Shown: positions 34,455 through 47,642 of the stretch, piece by piece
Layout: each line of letters begins with the position of its first letter
Position numbering within the stretch: position 1 is the first letter of the stretch
DNA from: Mobula hypostoma
Lineage: Eukaryota
Reading direction: 5' to 3'
Assembly (NCBI RefSeq): GCF_963921235.1
Contig: NC_086109.1
Coordinates: forward strand, 36,582,001 to 36,646,000
DNA: 64,000 bases
Notes under the pieces: model-generated
The model's input: the letters and a program-made list of their open reading frames with translations, nothing else
Databases searched by the model: none
What the model was told of the DNA's origin: nothing
Position numbers and translations under genes: made by a program

Positions 34455-35715
34455 TTTTTTACTTAGAGATACAGCCTGGTAATAGGCACTTTGGGCTCAA
34501 CAAGCCCACGTGTCCAGTTACATCCATGTGGCTAATTAACCTACTAACCTGTACGTCTTTGGAATGAGGGAGGAAACTGGAGTACCCAGAGATAACTTAC
34601 CAGATCTTGGAAAGAACATACAAACACCGTACTGTCACGTACCCCGTGACGGGAATAAAGAACCAGCAGAGATGGAAAACACTTTGGAGTCCAGTATTGT
34701 TATAAACTAACTAATAATATTTATTAGTAACAATGCAATACAGTAATATAAATGTAGTTAAATCAAACAGGTTAGCAATGATTATATATAAGTAAGTATA
34801 TCAGTCAGTATGGAAATATATATGAAAAGCCAAGCTTCTTCAAGTCTAGGGGTAAAAAGATACAGTCTTACGATGATGAGTAAAATTCAGTTCAGTTCAT
34901 TTGGTGGTATTGAGTTGAGTAGCGATGGAGGGAGAGAGAGGGAGAGATTTGAGTCTTCAGGTGAGCTGACGCCGTCGATCTTCTCGTTGTCCTCCGAAAT
35001 CCTTTAAAAATTATCGGCTGTGAGCACAACAAAGGGGACCGTTTTTCTATGGTGGAGGTATCAACCTAGGCAAAGGTTAGGCACATGGACAACTCCTCAC
35101 TGGTCACTGCCTTTTCTCACTGCAAGAGCAACTGATCGATCCGCCTGATTGATCCTCCAAAAACCCACTTTTTCTGCAGGCAGTACAAAGCCTATTTAGT
35201 GTCCAAAACATGTGTCTGAGGTCTATATCATCTGACCTCCTATTTATCTCACAGTACGGAGTACCAACTGTCAGTCAAATAATTCCTCCTTCCTTTGTCT
35301 GTGTAAGAAATGCACTAGCATGCCATGTCCTTGGAAGTGTAAACACGCTGCCAAAAAATTATAACATCAATTGTCCATCAAATAATGCCACCCTCGGTCA
35401 CCATAGCAACTTACGAGCTGTTCAGTCTCTCCAACTCAGCAGAAATCTAAAAGCTCCTCATGCCTTAAAGTGACAGTCCAAAAGTTTGTCTTCGTCTCTC
35501 TCTCTCTCTCTCTCTCTCTCTTCCTTTCTCTCTCTCTTTTCAAAACAACATGTCAGTGTTAAATATCTCTCTCTCTCTCTCTTTTCATAGGGGTAATCGA
35601 GCACAGTTCATAGGGGTAATTCAGGACTCTATCACAGTATGGATTGCAATTGGAATTGAACCAGGGTTGCTGGCAATTTAAACTGTTCTGCCAACAATTA
35701 TGCTATCATGCTGAC
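34455..35715 (-). mobile_element. V-SINE (HE1-like), split by a solo LTR
   Basis: V-domain (TTTGGAATGAGGGAGGAAACTGGAGTACCC) at 34558-34630 and a degraded tRNA-like head at 35640-35715. Confidence 0.65.
34633..35636 (-). mobile_element. Solo LTR (about 1 kb)
   Basis: TG...CA termini, 4-bp TSD GTAC/GTAT, AATAAA on the minus strand near 34720, and the host SINE resumes on both sides. Confidence 0.8.
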
Positions 35716-36929
35716 ATGTTTGTAACTGGATGGGAAATTCCACCCAGAAGTTTTATATATCTTCAGGAAGCGTTGGAACTAATGCATCACCCAAACTCTT
35801 TCAGACACTGCTTTTGTGATAAATTAATAAACACCACCCTCTCAATCTGCTGCTGAGTCAAAGTTCAAATGTCCAAAGTACACTTATTACCAAAGTAGGT
35901 ATAAATTATGCAACTTTGACCTTCATCTCATTTCAGCCAGCCACAAAACAAGAAACCCAAAAGAACCAATTAAAAAAAAACAGCTAGCACTCAGTGTGCA
36001 GCGAGAGAGAAAAACACAAATCGTGTAAAGAATAAAAGCAAGCATTCAGAACAAGTGAATCCATAGTTCCGAAGTCCGGAGCTGGCCCACTGCCTCGGCT
36101 TCAGTTCATAACACAGCGGAGCGTGCAGAAATGAGGCCTGGAACAGCCGGAGCAGATCCACAGCCTCAGCATCAATGCAGCAGAGAGCACAGCAAACGTC
36201 GTGAAGCAGCAAGCAGAACCAGCCCAACACTCACCTCTAGTCCCAAAACCTGCCTTTTTAGTCCTTCTGGCCTGGCATTTAAATCATCCAAACACTAATT
36301 CGTTCCCTGCATTAGGACCCAGGCCCTGTTACTTCGATACACTCTAGACCTGGACCCCGTCGCCATTTTATGGCCCGGACCCAACCTTCCAAATTGGCCT
36401 GGCACCGGTTGATAGTGTGCCAGTTACATGACAAGTATAACTTGATCATGACCTCCTCTATTATTAGACAATCAAAGGCAGGGTTTAATTACTAAAGTCA
36501 ATTATTAATCAATTAATTTGAATTTTATAACTTACATCTGTGACCACACACTTTTATAGCAAAGGTGTTAACTCCCTAAGGAGACAGAAGAGACTGCCGA
36601 TGCTGGAAATCTGGAGCAACATACAAAAAGCTGGAGGTACTCAATGAGTCAAACCACATTTATGGAGGAAAATTGACGTGCATTGTTTTGGTTTGAAAGA
36701 AAAAGGGAATACACTAGAATATATCTCATTCCTTTTTTGGATCGTCAGCCACCTCTCCTATAACATTCCATCATTTTAACCATTTTCCACTTCCATCTAT
36801 CATCTCTCAGCTTCTTACATCATTCACATGACCTGCCTACCACCCCCTCACCTGGATGCACCTATCACCTGCCAGCTCTGGCTCTGTGTCTTCCCCCCAG
36901 CTTTTTATACTGGCTATCTTCCAACGTTA

Positions 36930-37865
36930 AGTTTGCTGATGTCACCACTGTCGTGGGCCAAATCAAAGGTGGTGACAAATGAGCATATAGGAGGAAGTTT
37001 GAGAATCTGACTGAATGATGACAGATCAGCAACCTCTCTCACTCAATGTCAGCGAAATGAAATAGCTGATTATTGACTACAGGAATGGGAAACTGGAGGT
37101 CCAGGATCCAGTCTTCATTAGAGGTGGAGAAAGCCAGCAACTTTAAATTGCTTAGCGTTATCACTTCAGAGGATCTGTCCTCGGTCCAACACATAAGTGC
37201 CATTGCAAAGAAGGCACTTTTACTTTCATAGAAGTTTACACAGACTCATTCATTATGTCATCTAAAACCTTGATGAACTTCTGTAAATGTGTGGTGGAGA
37301 GTAAGTTGACTGCTTGCTTCACTGCCCGATATGAGAACATAAATGCTCTTGATTGAAAACAAAACTAAATATTAGTGGATACAGCCCAGTCCATCACGGG
37401 TAATTTCCTCCCCACCAATGAGCAGATTTAAAGGAAGCGCTGTTGCATAAAGCACGATCCATCATCAAGGACCCCAACCATTTAGTTATGCTGTCTTCTC
37501 ACTGCTGCCATCAGAAAGGAGGCACAGGAGTCTCAATTCCCACACCACCGGTTTCAGGAACAACTATTACCCCTCAACCATCAGGTTTATTATCCAGAGG
37601 GGATAACTTCATGGTAGCACTGATTTCACAACCTATGGACGCACTACGACTCATACTCTTGAAATTGATTTTTATTGGTTATTTATTACTATTTTATTGT
37701 TTTCTTTTGTATTTGCATAGTTGTCTTTTGCATATTGTTTTTCTGTCAGTCTGTCCTGTGCGGTTTTCCATTGATCCTATTGTGTTTTTTTTTTCTATTT
37801 ACTATGCATTTCCACAAGAAGATGCATCTCAATGTAGTATATGGTGAGATATATGTATTTTGATA
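36930..37865 (+). mobile_element. Rex1/Babar LINE 3' fragment, degraded
   Basis: KFADVTTVVG, ARSIIKDP and the TGFRNNYYPSTIR end motif. Confidence 0.8.
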
Positions 37866-38162
37866 GACCATAAAACATAGGAACAGAATTAGGCCATTCA
37901 GTCCATTGAGTCTGCTCTGCCATTCCATCATGGCTGATTTATTATCCCTTTCAACTCAATTCTCCTACCTTCTCCCCATCACCTTTGATACCCTGACTAA
38001 TCAGGAGCCTATCAATTTCTGCTTTAAATATACCCAATGACTTGGCGTCCACAGTTGCCCATGGCAATGAATTTCACAAATTCACTACTCTCTGGCTGAA
38101 GAAATTCCTTCTCGTCTCTGGTCTAAATGGACAACCCTCTATTCTGAGACTATGTCCTCTAG
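37866..38162 (-). mobile_element. CR1 3' fragment
   Basis: CR1 3' UTR plus the ORF end. Confidence 0.8.
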
Positions 38163-38764
38163 TCGTGTTAATAAATTTACTTTCAACTTTGGAATTCTTT
38201 CCAATCGTAATGAAAGGTCTCAATCCAAAATGTTGACTGTCCATTACCCACTATAGATGCTGCCTGACCCTTTGAGTTCCTCCAGATTTTTGTGTGTTGC
38301 TGTTACCTAATTAAAATGTTTCAAAATTGAATTCTCAGTGTCTATATTTAACTGAAGAAATTGTGAAAGAGAATAGATCATAAGACAAAGCCCACTAAAT
38401 CTAGACTGAACATTAGACTCATTGACGACACTAAGAGCTAATTGCTTCTTCCTATATGCCACCAGTTCTCTGGGTTTGTTGTATCCAGGGATTACGATAG
38501 AGGAATGATACGCGTTGTCTTTCTGTTATGATTGTCGGAACATCAGCTATATCCTGATAAGTGTGGAATAGCTCTCTCAAGTTAAACACTACACCTAGAT
38601 GTTGTGATGGATGACTGAAATATGCATATTTGCTGTCAAGTTGCATCCAGGCGATACATCCAATTTGATTATAACCCTCTCCCCCTATTTTGAACATAAT
38701 GCTAACTGTACACTGAATAGTATTGGGTATTTAAATATCAACCAAATCAGGTGGTTATGGTCAA

Positions 38765-39080
38765 GGGTGACATGGTAGCATCGAGGTTAATGTATGCTAT
38801 TCGGAGTTTGGTTCCCAACTCTGTTTGTAAGGAGTTTGCATGTTCTCCCCACGACCATGTGGGTTATCTTCAAGTGCTCCAGTTTCCTGCCACGATCCAA
38901 AGATGTACGGTTAGACTTAGTGAGTTGTGGGCATGCTGTACTGGTGCCCAAAGAGTGGCAACATTTGTGCTCTGTTCAGTACAATCTTGCTGATTTGATT
39001 TGATGCAAATGATACATTTTGTTGCATGGTTTGATATATATGTGACAAATAAAGCTAATTTTTAACTCTTTAATCTTTAA
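38765..39080 (+). mobile_element. V-SINE (HE1-like)
   Basis: Degraded A/B boxes, then V-domain GGAGTTTGCATGTTCTCCCC...GTGCTCCAGTTTCCT...CCAAAGA and a (CTTTAAT)n-like tail. Confidence 0.75.
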
Positions 39081-39127
39081 ATCAGGCAAGAAAGAAAATT
39101 CAATATCTCATGGAAGGGCTGAGGATT

Positions 39128-39800
39128 CATAGCATATGAGATTTGTAACTCAGTGATTGAATATCTGTCAGACAGAATGACAACTGAACTTTTTCTGAAC
39201 TTGCAACATGTGAGGTCTGTAGAGTAATGACTGAATGTCTGTCAGTGAGATGATAGCTAGACACTTTCTGAACTCAAATTTATTGCTATATGTTAGCATT
39301 AATATGCTGTGTAATCCCAAGGAATGTTGTGTGTTATGGTCATTGTGAGATTAATGAATGAAATAACAAGTAGTCATTGAAATGTCTTGTTGATGTATGA
39401 GGATGTGGACATAATGTTTTGATTGAAAGATACCAGACTGGTTCAGGCACAAGCAGAAAAAACATAACTGTCTCTTGATGAACCAGCACTTGTGAAACTA
39501 GCATATATGGAGAAACTTTCTAAGACATTGCTGGAACTTCACCCGGACCAAAATTGCAATTGGTGCCTGAGACCTAAGGGTAGACTCAATATTTGGAATT
39601 GGAGTTCTTCTGACAACAACCAAGTGGTGACCAGGAAACATGTGACCAGAAATCCTTGTGACTTGCACTATTTTATATAACTTATTCATATATTTATTTT
39701 ATGACAATAAACTACATTTAAGTTACATTGCTGTGTTTGTACGCTTATTATCCTATCTCCTTGATACTCGACTAATTGGGTCTGATCAACCCAGCCCACT
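39128..39800 (+). repeat. ERV 5' LTR
   Basis: Colinear with 47643-48726 from the first base (the initial TG is replaced by CA). AATAAA lies near 39706. Confidence 0.85.
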
Positions 39801-40048
39801 TTGGCAGGGTCCAGGAAAATGTGGAAGTGGACAAGCAAGTCAAGCGATACCATATACCTGAGACTTATCAGGTCCCCAGATTGACAGATAACTTTGAAGG
39901 TTTTGGATCGCTGGCTGATGACATGAATGTAAGGGCCCAGTTAAGATTTCTACTGCTGTGCTGTAGGTACTTCATTGCTACAGCTTTCTCCAAAAGCAGT
40001 GTGTCCTGCTGGTAAAATGTTTTGGTTTCAGCTAAAGATAAGATGACA

Positions 40049-40769
40049 TGTTGTTCAACTTAGGAATGTTGTGTCAGCCAGTCAGGATGGAGAGATTGGG
40101 AGAAAATTCTAGAGAGAGTGGGATGGTGAGAGTACTGTGATGGACAGTTATCTGGTTTGCAGTCTTTTGACGGGAGCTGTGAATGGGACAAAAGGGAAGA
40201 TGCCACAGAATGCAGTTGGAAGGAGAGTCCCCATTGCACAAACTGCTTAGTGCAGATGAATGGCTCCAAGGAGAGGGGCCAATACTCCTGAGGGAGAGCT
40301 AGTTTGTTCGAGATGGACTTTGACCAAAGTTCGGAATGTGGCATGTGCTTTCACAGAGACTGTAGGTCCAGTGCGTGAGTAAAAGATGACTTCAGAATAA
40401 GTTCCAATGCTCATGTGCACATTAGACTGGTTTAACTGTAATGGGCCTTTTTATTTTCTTTTCCTTTTCTCTTTCTTATTAACTGATAAAGCTGAAATTT
40501 GTAAATATACTTCCTTTATAATTTTATGCAGTCTGTTATTTTTTGCTGACCAGCAATTGAGTATGGGCAGCATTTACACAGCATTCACTCAAATTGAGGT
40601 TTCTTTAACTGGAGCATCATGATGTTCCTATTTGTTTGAACCTGAAGTCAAATTGACCCTAGACGTGCATTGTTTGTGAAAGATAGCCTCCTCACCGCTG
40701 ACTCACATGGCTGTTAGCAGAGGCAGATACCAAGCTAAGTTTGCATACGAACCTGGTGAGGGAGTTACA
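40049..40769 (+). mobile_element. Probable solo LTR inserted in the ERV leader/gag
   Basis: TG...GTTACA termini, internal ATAAAG, no ORF, and it interrupts ERV sequence. No clean TSD. Confidence 0.5.
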
Positions 40770-43050
40770 TGAGTAAATGGGTCCTCTCAAATTTTGAGAG
40801 AATATATTTGCTGAATCGTCTAACATTAAACTTCTGTATATAGCATCACAATGCCTTAACCATAAAGCTTTCTCCTCGAAGAAAGATTCTCTGCCATAAG
40901 TAGGGTGGATTTTTATTACTGCATTGCTGCAGTTGAGTACTGAAAAAAAGCTGAGCTCTCTGATGAAAACATGCTACTGCAGCACAAATCATAGTCATAG
41001 TCATAGTCATACTTTATTGATCCCGGGGGAAATTGGTTTTCGTTACAGTTGCACCATAAATAATTAAATAGTAATAAAACCATAAATAATTAAATAGTAA
41101 TATTTAAATTATGCCAGGAAATAAGTCTGGGACCAGTCTATTGGCTCAGGGTGTCTGACCCTCCAAGGGAGGAGTTGTAAAGTTTGATGGCCACAGGCAG
41201 GAATGACTTCCTGTGACGCTCTGTGTTGCATCTCGGTGGAATGAGTCTCTGGCTGAATGTACTCCTGTGCCTAACCAGTACATTATGTAGTGGATGGGAG
41301 ACATTGTCCAAGATGGCATGCAACTTGGACAGCATCCTCTTTTCAGACACCACCGTCAGAGAGTCCAGTTCTATCCCCACAACATCACTGACTTTTGGAA
41401 TGAGTTTGTTGATTCTGTTGGTGTCTGCTACCCTCAGCCTGCTGCCCCAGCACACAACAGCAAACATGATAGCACTGGCCACTACAGATTCGTAGAACAT
41501 CCTCAGCATCGTCCAGCAGATGTTAAAGGACCTCAGTCTCCTCAGGAAATAGAGACGGCTCTGACCCTTCTTGTAGACAGCCTCAGTGTTCTTTGACCAG
41601 TCCAGTTTATTGCCAATTCGTATCCCCAGGTATTTGTAATCCTCCACCATGTCCACACTGACCCCTTGGATAGAAACAGGGGTCACTGGTACCTTAGCTC
41701 TCCTCAGGTCTACCACCAACTCCCTAGTCTTTTTCACATTAAGCTGCAGATAATTCTGCTCACACCATGTGACGAAGTTTCCTACCGTAGCCCTGTACTC
41801 AGCCTCATCTCCCTTGCTGATGCATCCAACTATGGCAGAGTCATCCGAAAACTTCTGAAGATGACAAGACTCTGCGCAGTAGTTGACATCCGAAGTGTAA
41901 ATGGTGAAGAGAAAGGGAGACAAGACAGTCCCCTGTGGAGCCCCAGTGCTGCTGATCACTCTGGTATGATGATGATTTAGATGGAGATGAAAATGATGTA
42001 ATCGAGGCTTGCCTCCTCCACCATGTAAAGGTTAAATAGGAGCACTGAAATGATGGCACCAACAAATAAAATCATGCTGCAGTAGCTACCACCAATGAGA
42101 CCACTATTCGTAACTACACTACCACTGAGTGACAGGATTTAGCACAACGGCTGCATCTGTGGCGAGGGGAGTCCTTGCCCAGCTGCCTCACTTGTCTGTG
42201 GGATTTAGGAGCCGACCAACTATTTTTAATATGTATGAACTGATTCCGTTAGGGTCATGAACGATGATCCCCTTGGTCCTGTCTGAATGCTCCCTGTGGG
42301 CGTTGGCCATACAAGCTGTCTGTGTTCGCTGCCAATTGCATTTGGATTGGAATGTATCTTCCTCTCCCTGGAAAACCCCCAAGCAGGCTTTTTCGACCTC
42401 TGTGAAATGGCTACACAATTTGACATAATGTTTTTAATGTCCCTGAAGCAGATCCCTTTGTATCTACGCTTGTTTGATGGAATGGGGACCCTCACAGTAA
42501 AGGAGCATCTAGTTGGCTCCATTAGGGGCAGCTGAAGGTCAAACTATTGCAAAGGCTAGCAGTCTATGGGTCCTACTTGAAGAGTCAGATGTGGGTCAGG
42601 AATGGGTGCAGGTTAAAGCTGCTTTTAAATACCGGCAGCAGCAAGGGCAATCTGGGTGCATGAGGAAATGAACTAGGCATGCTTCAAAGTAGCCGAATGC
42701 TGTTGCCCAGCAGTTGGCATCAAAGAGTCCTTCATCCTGTCTGAGAAGAAAGTAAATCTTTCTGTCCCTGCTGAAGGTAGGGCCAGATAAAGAAAAAAGA
42801 GACGCTCTACGTACTTTTTTTTAATGTTCTATAGTGTAAGCATTGTGACCAGGAGGGTTGTATTCTATAGCCCAGACAAAAGAGACTGGTCACACCTTTG
42901 TCTCCTACAGCAGATTGTAATGTTAATCCTAAAAACAAGCTTGTTCTCTGGTTATATCTGGACTTGGGTGAATTGGACCCTGGATGGCAGGTTAGACAGC
43001 CCATACCCTAGGGTATGGCCAGACCTCTGGGACAGTCAATGTTGCTATAA
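40770..43050 (+). pseudogene. gag: ERV gag remnant (ERV-L-type capsid), interrupted
   Basis: VGWIFITALL near 40900. RNYTTTE*QDLAQR...ESL...CLWDLGADQL at about 42108-42225 resembles ERV-L Gag (R.YT..EL...PGE....WL.RLWD.G). Confidence 0.65.
40990..41960 (-). mobile_element. Young Rex1/Babar LINE 3' fragment inserted in ERV gag
   Basis: Open ORF 41138-41959 (TGAPQGTVLSP, KFSDDSAIVG, RKSFLPVAIKLYN) and a (CATAGT)n tail. Confidence 0.92.
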
Positions 43051-43059
43051 GGACAACTC

Positions 43060-46000
43060 ATATTTCCAGCATCCAAGAAGGAGATCTGAAGCCAATGTAC
43101 CTGTTATCCTTTGTTGATCACACGGCGATAGGCAGCAGTGAATCCCCCTGGTGGACACTGGGGCTGTAGGTACCTTATCACATAGGAATCCTGATCTGTG
43201 TACAGGGGTGCAAGTGTGTATTCAGTGATACAGGGGATCGGTTATGGATGCTGTTTTGTTATTGGCGAGGAACCTCCTTGGTCTGTCCCCATGCTCATCT
43301 TCCAGGTACCTGAAAACACCTTGTGAATTGATTTGTTCATGGGAACCTCTATCATGGCACCCTTTGACAAATTTGCTTTGGGCAAATTCCAGTTGGAAAG
43401 GCAAAATGTGAATCTGCGTTTATATCCTTGACGTCACAAATAGTAGTTACCAAGCAATATCATACCCTGCGAAGAGCTTAAGAAATTGATGAGACAGTCG
43501 AGTCTCTTATATAAACCTAAGGGTCCTTTGTCCTGCCTCATCCCATGATAATAGCCCTGTTTGGACAGTTTAGGAACCTGATGGTACATAACATATGACC
43601 ATTGATTATCGCCAGTTGAATCATTTGCCCTCCATTGGCCACAGCTGTTCCTAATGGTTGTGACCCCAATTGAGACTTTTCTAGTGGGATTGACAGTTAT
43701 GATGTTGTTATTGATTTGACTAATGCTTTCTTCTCCATCCCTGTTGCTGAGCAGTCTCAATGATTAGTTTGCTTTCGCATGGAATGGCCTTCAGTACACC
43801 TTTATACAGCATCCACAGGGATATGTCCACAGTCCTACTATTTGCCAGGGTGTGATGGCCTGAGATTTTCTTGAATATATCCTATCTTCTAGCATTGAAG
43901 TAGCTTACCATATAGATGATGTGCAATTGTAGGGGTCTTCTGAAGAGAGGTTTCCAAAACCCTTAAATCTTTGATTAATCACATGCAATCAAAGGGAAGA
44001 GAAATTTACACTAATAAAGTACAGGGCCCTGCTAGAACTACTCCTTTTTTGGAATTATAATAGATGAAGGATGACAGGATTATTCAAGAAAATGTCAGAA
44101 ATTAAATCCTAGACATAGCAACTCCTGCGATAAACCAAGCTGCCCAACACTTGGTTGGCCTTTTGGGATAGTGAAGGTGTCACATACCCCATTTGATCAT
44201 ACTCTTCCGGCCCTTGTATGCTGTGACCGGAAGGAAAGTAAGTTTTGGTTTTTTTAAGAGACCCCAAGCAACAATCAGCTTTTGTGGCTGCAAATGAGAC
44301 CGTCACTGCCACATTACCCCTGTCTCCTCGTCAAGAAGGCCTCTCCTTTGAGCTGTAGATTTTTATTAAGATAACATGGGTATCTGGAGCTTGTGACAGA
44401 AGTATGGAAGGAAGAATATCTCTCTGGGGTTCTAGTCCTGAAAACATCTTGATTCTGGCACCGGATACATTGCATTTGAGCAACAGCTTTTTGCCTGCTA
44501 TCGGGATTCAATGAAGACTGAAACATTGATGAAGGACTCTCTCGCCTCTGTCCACACTGACCTTCCCATTATGGGAAGAGTAGTCTCAGACACCCTCACC
44601 AATAAGGCAGGGTGTGCATATCATAATTCAATTGTCAACTGGAAGTGGTATATTTCTGAAAGAGCATCAAAGAGATCAGATGGAATTAGTAAAATACATT
44701 AACAGGTTTCTGGGTCCCCTCAGGCTATTCCACCTCACCTGAAGCTACTCCAGTTGAAGCCTTGCCTATTGTTTGGGGCATTCCCTTTGATCATTGGGTT
44801 CCTGCTTGACAGCAGCATACCTGATTCTCCAAAAGCTCTGCGATATGGAAGAACAGTCATCGTTGTTAGAAGGCTGCTGCCTTTTACTCTCTCGCACAAC
44901 ACATTTTAATGAAAGGAGGCTCAGATGGGTCGAGTCAATATGCGGAGCTTGTAGCAGTGCATACTATCATTATGCATAAAACCAAAAAAGCCTATACTCA
45001 CACCGATTTTGGGTTGTTGCTAATGGACTTGCTATCTGGTTGCCTCAGTGAAACCAACAGTCTTATACTATTGTGGGGTTCCCTTATGGGGAGCGGAGTT
45101 ATAGGAGGACATTTGGAGCTGATTATCGCGTGTTACTATTACTGTTTACCATGGTGACACCCGTTTGAAAGATGATTTGTTGATGACAAGATCTGAGAAC
45201 ATTGCTGACAAACTTGCTTATGTTAATACAGTGACATCTATCCCTCAGCTTCATATACCGTTATTGCCATTTACTCAGTGGGCCCATGAGTCTTCTGGTT
45301 ATTTGGGGATACTGGGTACCATAGAGTGGTTGAAGCAGTGGGGGTTATTCCTTCCTACCAATATAGCTCATACATCGAGAGGGAATTGTATGCTATATTT
45401 AGAAATTAGGGACCAACAGCTTTTAAAACAACCCTTGGCTGTAATTTCCCATGGACATGCCCCTGCTCGGATTTGGCAAATAGATTATGTTGGTCCCCTT
45501 CCTTTACAAAGGTAATTCCAATATCTACTCACCATGGTGGACTCTTATTCTGGCTTTTTAAAGGCAATCCCTACTGTTAAAGCTAATCAGGATGGTATCT
45601 TTTGGGGATTAATACATCTTGTTTCTGCATATAGCAAAACCCTTGAAATTTAATTTTATAATGGTTCGCACTTTTTGGGTTCCTGGGTACAAGAGTGGAC
45701 TGTCTCTAATGGTGGGTCTTCCATGTCCCTTATTATCCTCAGGCCAGAGGCCTGATTGAACAAACGAATAGCTGATTAAAACATCAAATTTGTTTACTTA
45801 CTCCTGCCCATACCTTATCTGGATTGTTACCTGTTCTTCCCATTCACTTTGTATAATTTAAACAACCACCCCTCGAAAGTAGGTACTCCATTTTCATTAA
45901 TGACAGGACAATCTATTCCTTTTCTTTCTGATGGCACAACTGAATGCGTTGATATAGAGCTGATTCAGTTCTGCAAAGGGAGATGAAGTGTTGGTGACAT

Positions 46001-46129
46001 ACCTGCCTTCCCCTCCAACGGAGGGTGAGATTATTGCCAGCAGACAAGGAAATACATACTGGGTGATGGTATGAGGACAGACTTACCCGGTGTGTGTAGA
46101 TAGGGGTAAACTGACTAAGAGAGAATGAA
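43060..46129 (+). pseudogene. pol: ERV pro-pol remnant (PR, RT, tether, RNase H, IN)
   Basis: LVDTGA (43148); NSPVW...TIDYRQLN (43550); IDLTNAFFSIP; PQGYVHSPTICQG; YHIDDV (43906); SIVNWKWYISERA (about 44630); SQYAELVAV; VANGL; WAHESSGYLG; IWQIDYVGPLP; NGSHF; HVPYYPQARGLIE. Many stops. Confidence 0.92.
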
Positions 46130-46177
46130 AACATATCTAACTATCTCTCCGCTTTTGTTTTTTAAAGTTCTGCTGGA

Positions 46178-47590
46178 ATGTTGCTTTGTTCAGTTTTAAT
46201 GCTTGTCTTGTGCTTTGGTGGATGTTGCACCTCCGTTGAGATCCAACAAGCCACTAATAACCTTGTGATATCCTTCTGATATCCCAAGGACGCGGCCTAG
46301 AAGACTAGCGTGCCTTCAGGGTGCCGGATTTTCTTGGCTCTGTAGACGTGCTGATTCTGGGCTGGTTCTCCTGACTGAGGCGTCACGGGAGAACATGGAA
46401 CATGGGAGCAGTGCGTTAGCTGCTGTGGGTTGTGTGTCCAGAGAGCTGCACCTTGGGGCCGACTCTCTGGGTGCAGAGCTTGGAAAAGTGACGCAACAGG
46501 CTTTTAACATCATAACTCAGCGAGTTGTTTGTTATGTCTTCCCTCTTGATGTGAAATGGGGACAACTCTTTTATCCTTATTAGGGAGAAAGAGATTCTGT
46601 GGTATGTTGAATTACCGGGTGAAAGAGTAGTCTTTGTGGAACTGCAAGTCTGTGTTTTTATTGATGCTTTGCTACACGCTTGAGTGCTCAGTGGGGGGGC
46701 ATTGATGCTTTTTTGCTGGTGGGGGTGGGTGGTGTTGTTACCTTGCTGCTGCTTGTGTGTAGGAAGGGGGAGTGGGGGGGGGAGCTTTGAGGTTCTAACA
46801 TTTAACTGTCATTCATTTTTTGGGGCTCTCCTTTGTTTTCATGGATGTTTGCGAAGAATAAGAATTTCAGTTGTATATTGTATACATTTCTCTGACATTA
46901 AATGACCCTATTTAAATCTGTTGATTTGTGAAAATTATATTATTTTTCTAGAGAACAAAAGTACATTATGTGTTATGCACTAATTGGGAGTATGGTGGGC
47001 TTATAATTGTGAAGGAATGGTGTATGCCTAAGGTGACTGGCCCCATACAATTTTTTTTTATGTGATCAGAAACAAGTGCCAATTGGTTGAGGTATTGACT
47101 TATTGCTCCATTCTAGCAAGTGCTAGCTGAATTGGGAATCTGTAATGCTGTAGATGTAGCTGTGTTTAGTCATGAGGTATATAAATTTAAGGAAACCATG
47201 AAATACTTTTTGAAGAAAGAAACACTTTCGCAAGGAGGAATAGCCAATGCTGGGTTTTGTGCAATCACTATTGGAAATTAGCAAACATGAAGTCTTAAAC
47301 CATGTCAGGACACAATCAATAATATCACCGAAATTTTCCTTTTTGGGACAATATGCTGCTGTCTGTGGGCCCATTAGTAGTTGTTTTTTGTTTCCTATAG
47401 ATAAGAATATATTACAATTGTCCATGCGGGGGGGGGCCTGAATGGATTTCTAATTACCAAATCTGAATGTTGAGGTCAATCCTTGAATCCGTATAATTTC
47501 TCATATTTTGATAATCATGATAATATTAGTTTTAATGATCCAAAGGATATTGATATGTATTGTTCAATATCCTATTGAATGTTTTAAGTA
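46178..47590 (+). pseudogene. env-like membrane protein remnant (signal peptide ... C-terminal TM), interrupted and degraded
   Basis: A CTAAC/polypyrimidine/AG acceptor at 46137-46167 precedes ATG 46178 MLLCSVLMLVLCFGGCCTSVEI. A hydrophobic stretch IISHILIIMIILVLMIQRILICIV lies at about 47494-47565, just before the 3' LTR. Confidence 0.5.
46262..46915 (+). mobile_element. Non-coding retroposon inserted in the env-like region
   Basis: Shares TGCCTTCAGGGTG and the 3' end with 15075-15940. Confidence 0.7.
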
Positions 47591-47642
47591 GAAAGAAGAG
47601 CTCTATGTGTCTCTAACCTCATCAGATATTCAAGGGGTTAAA

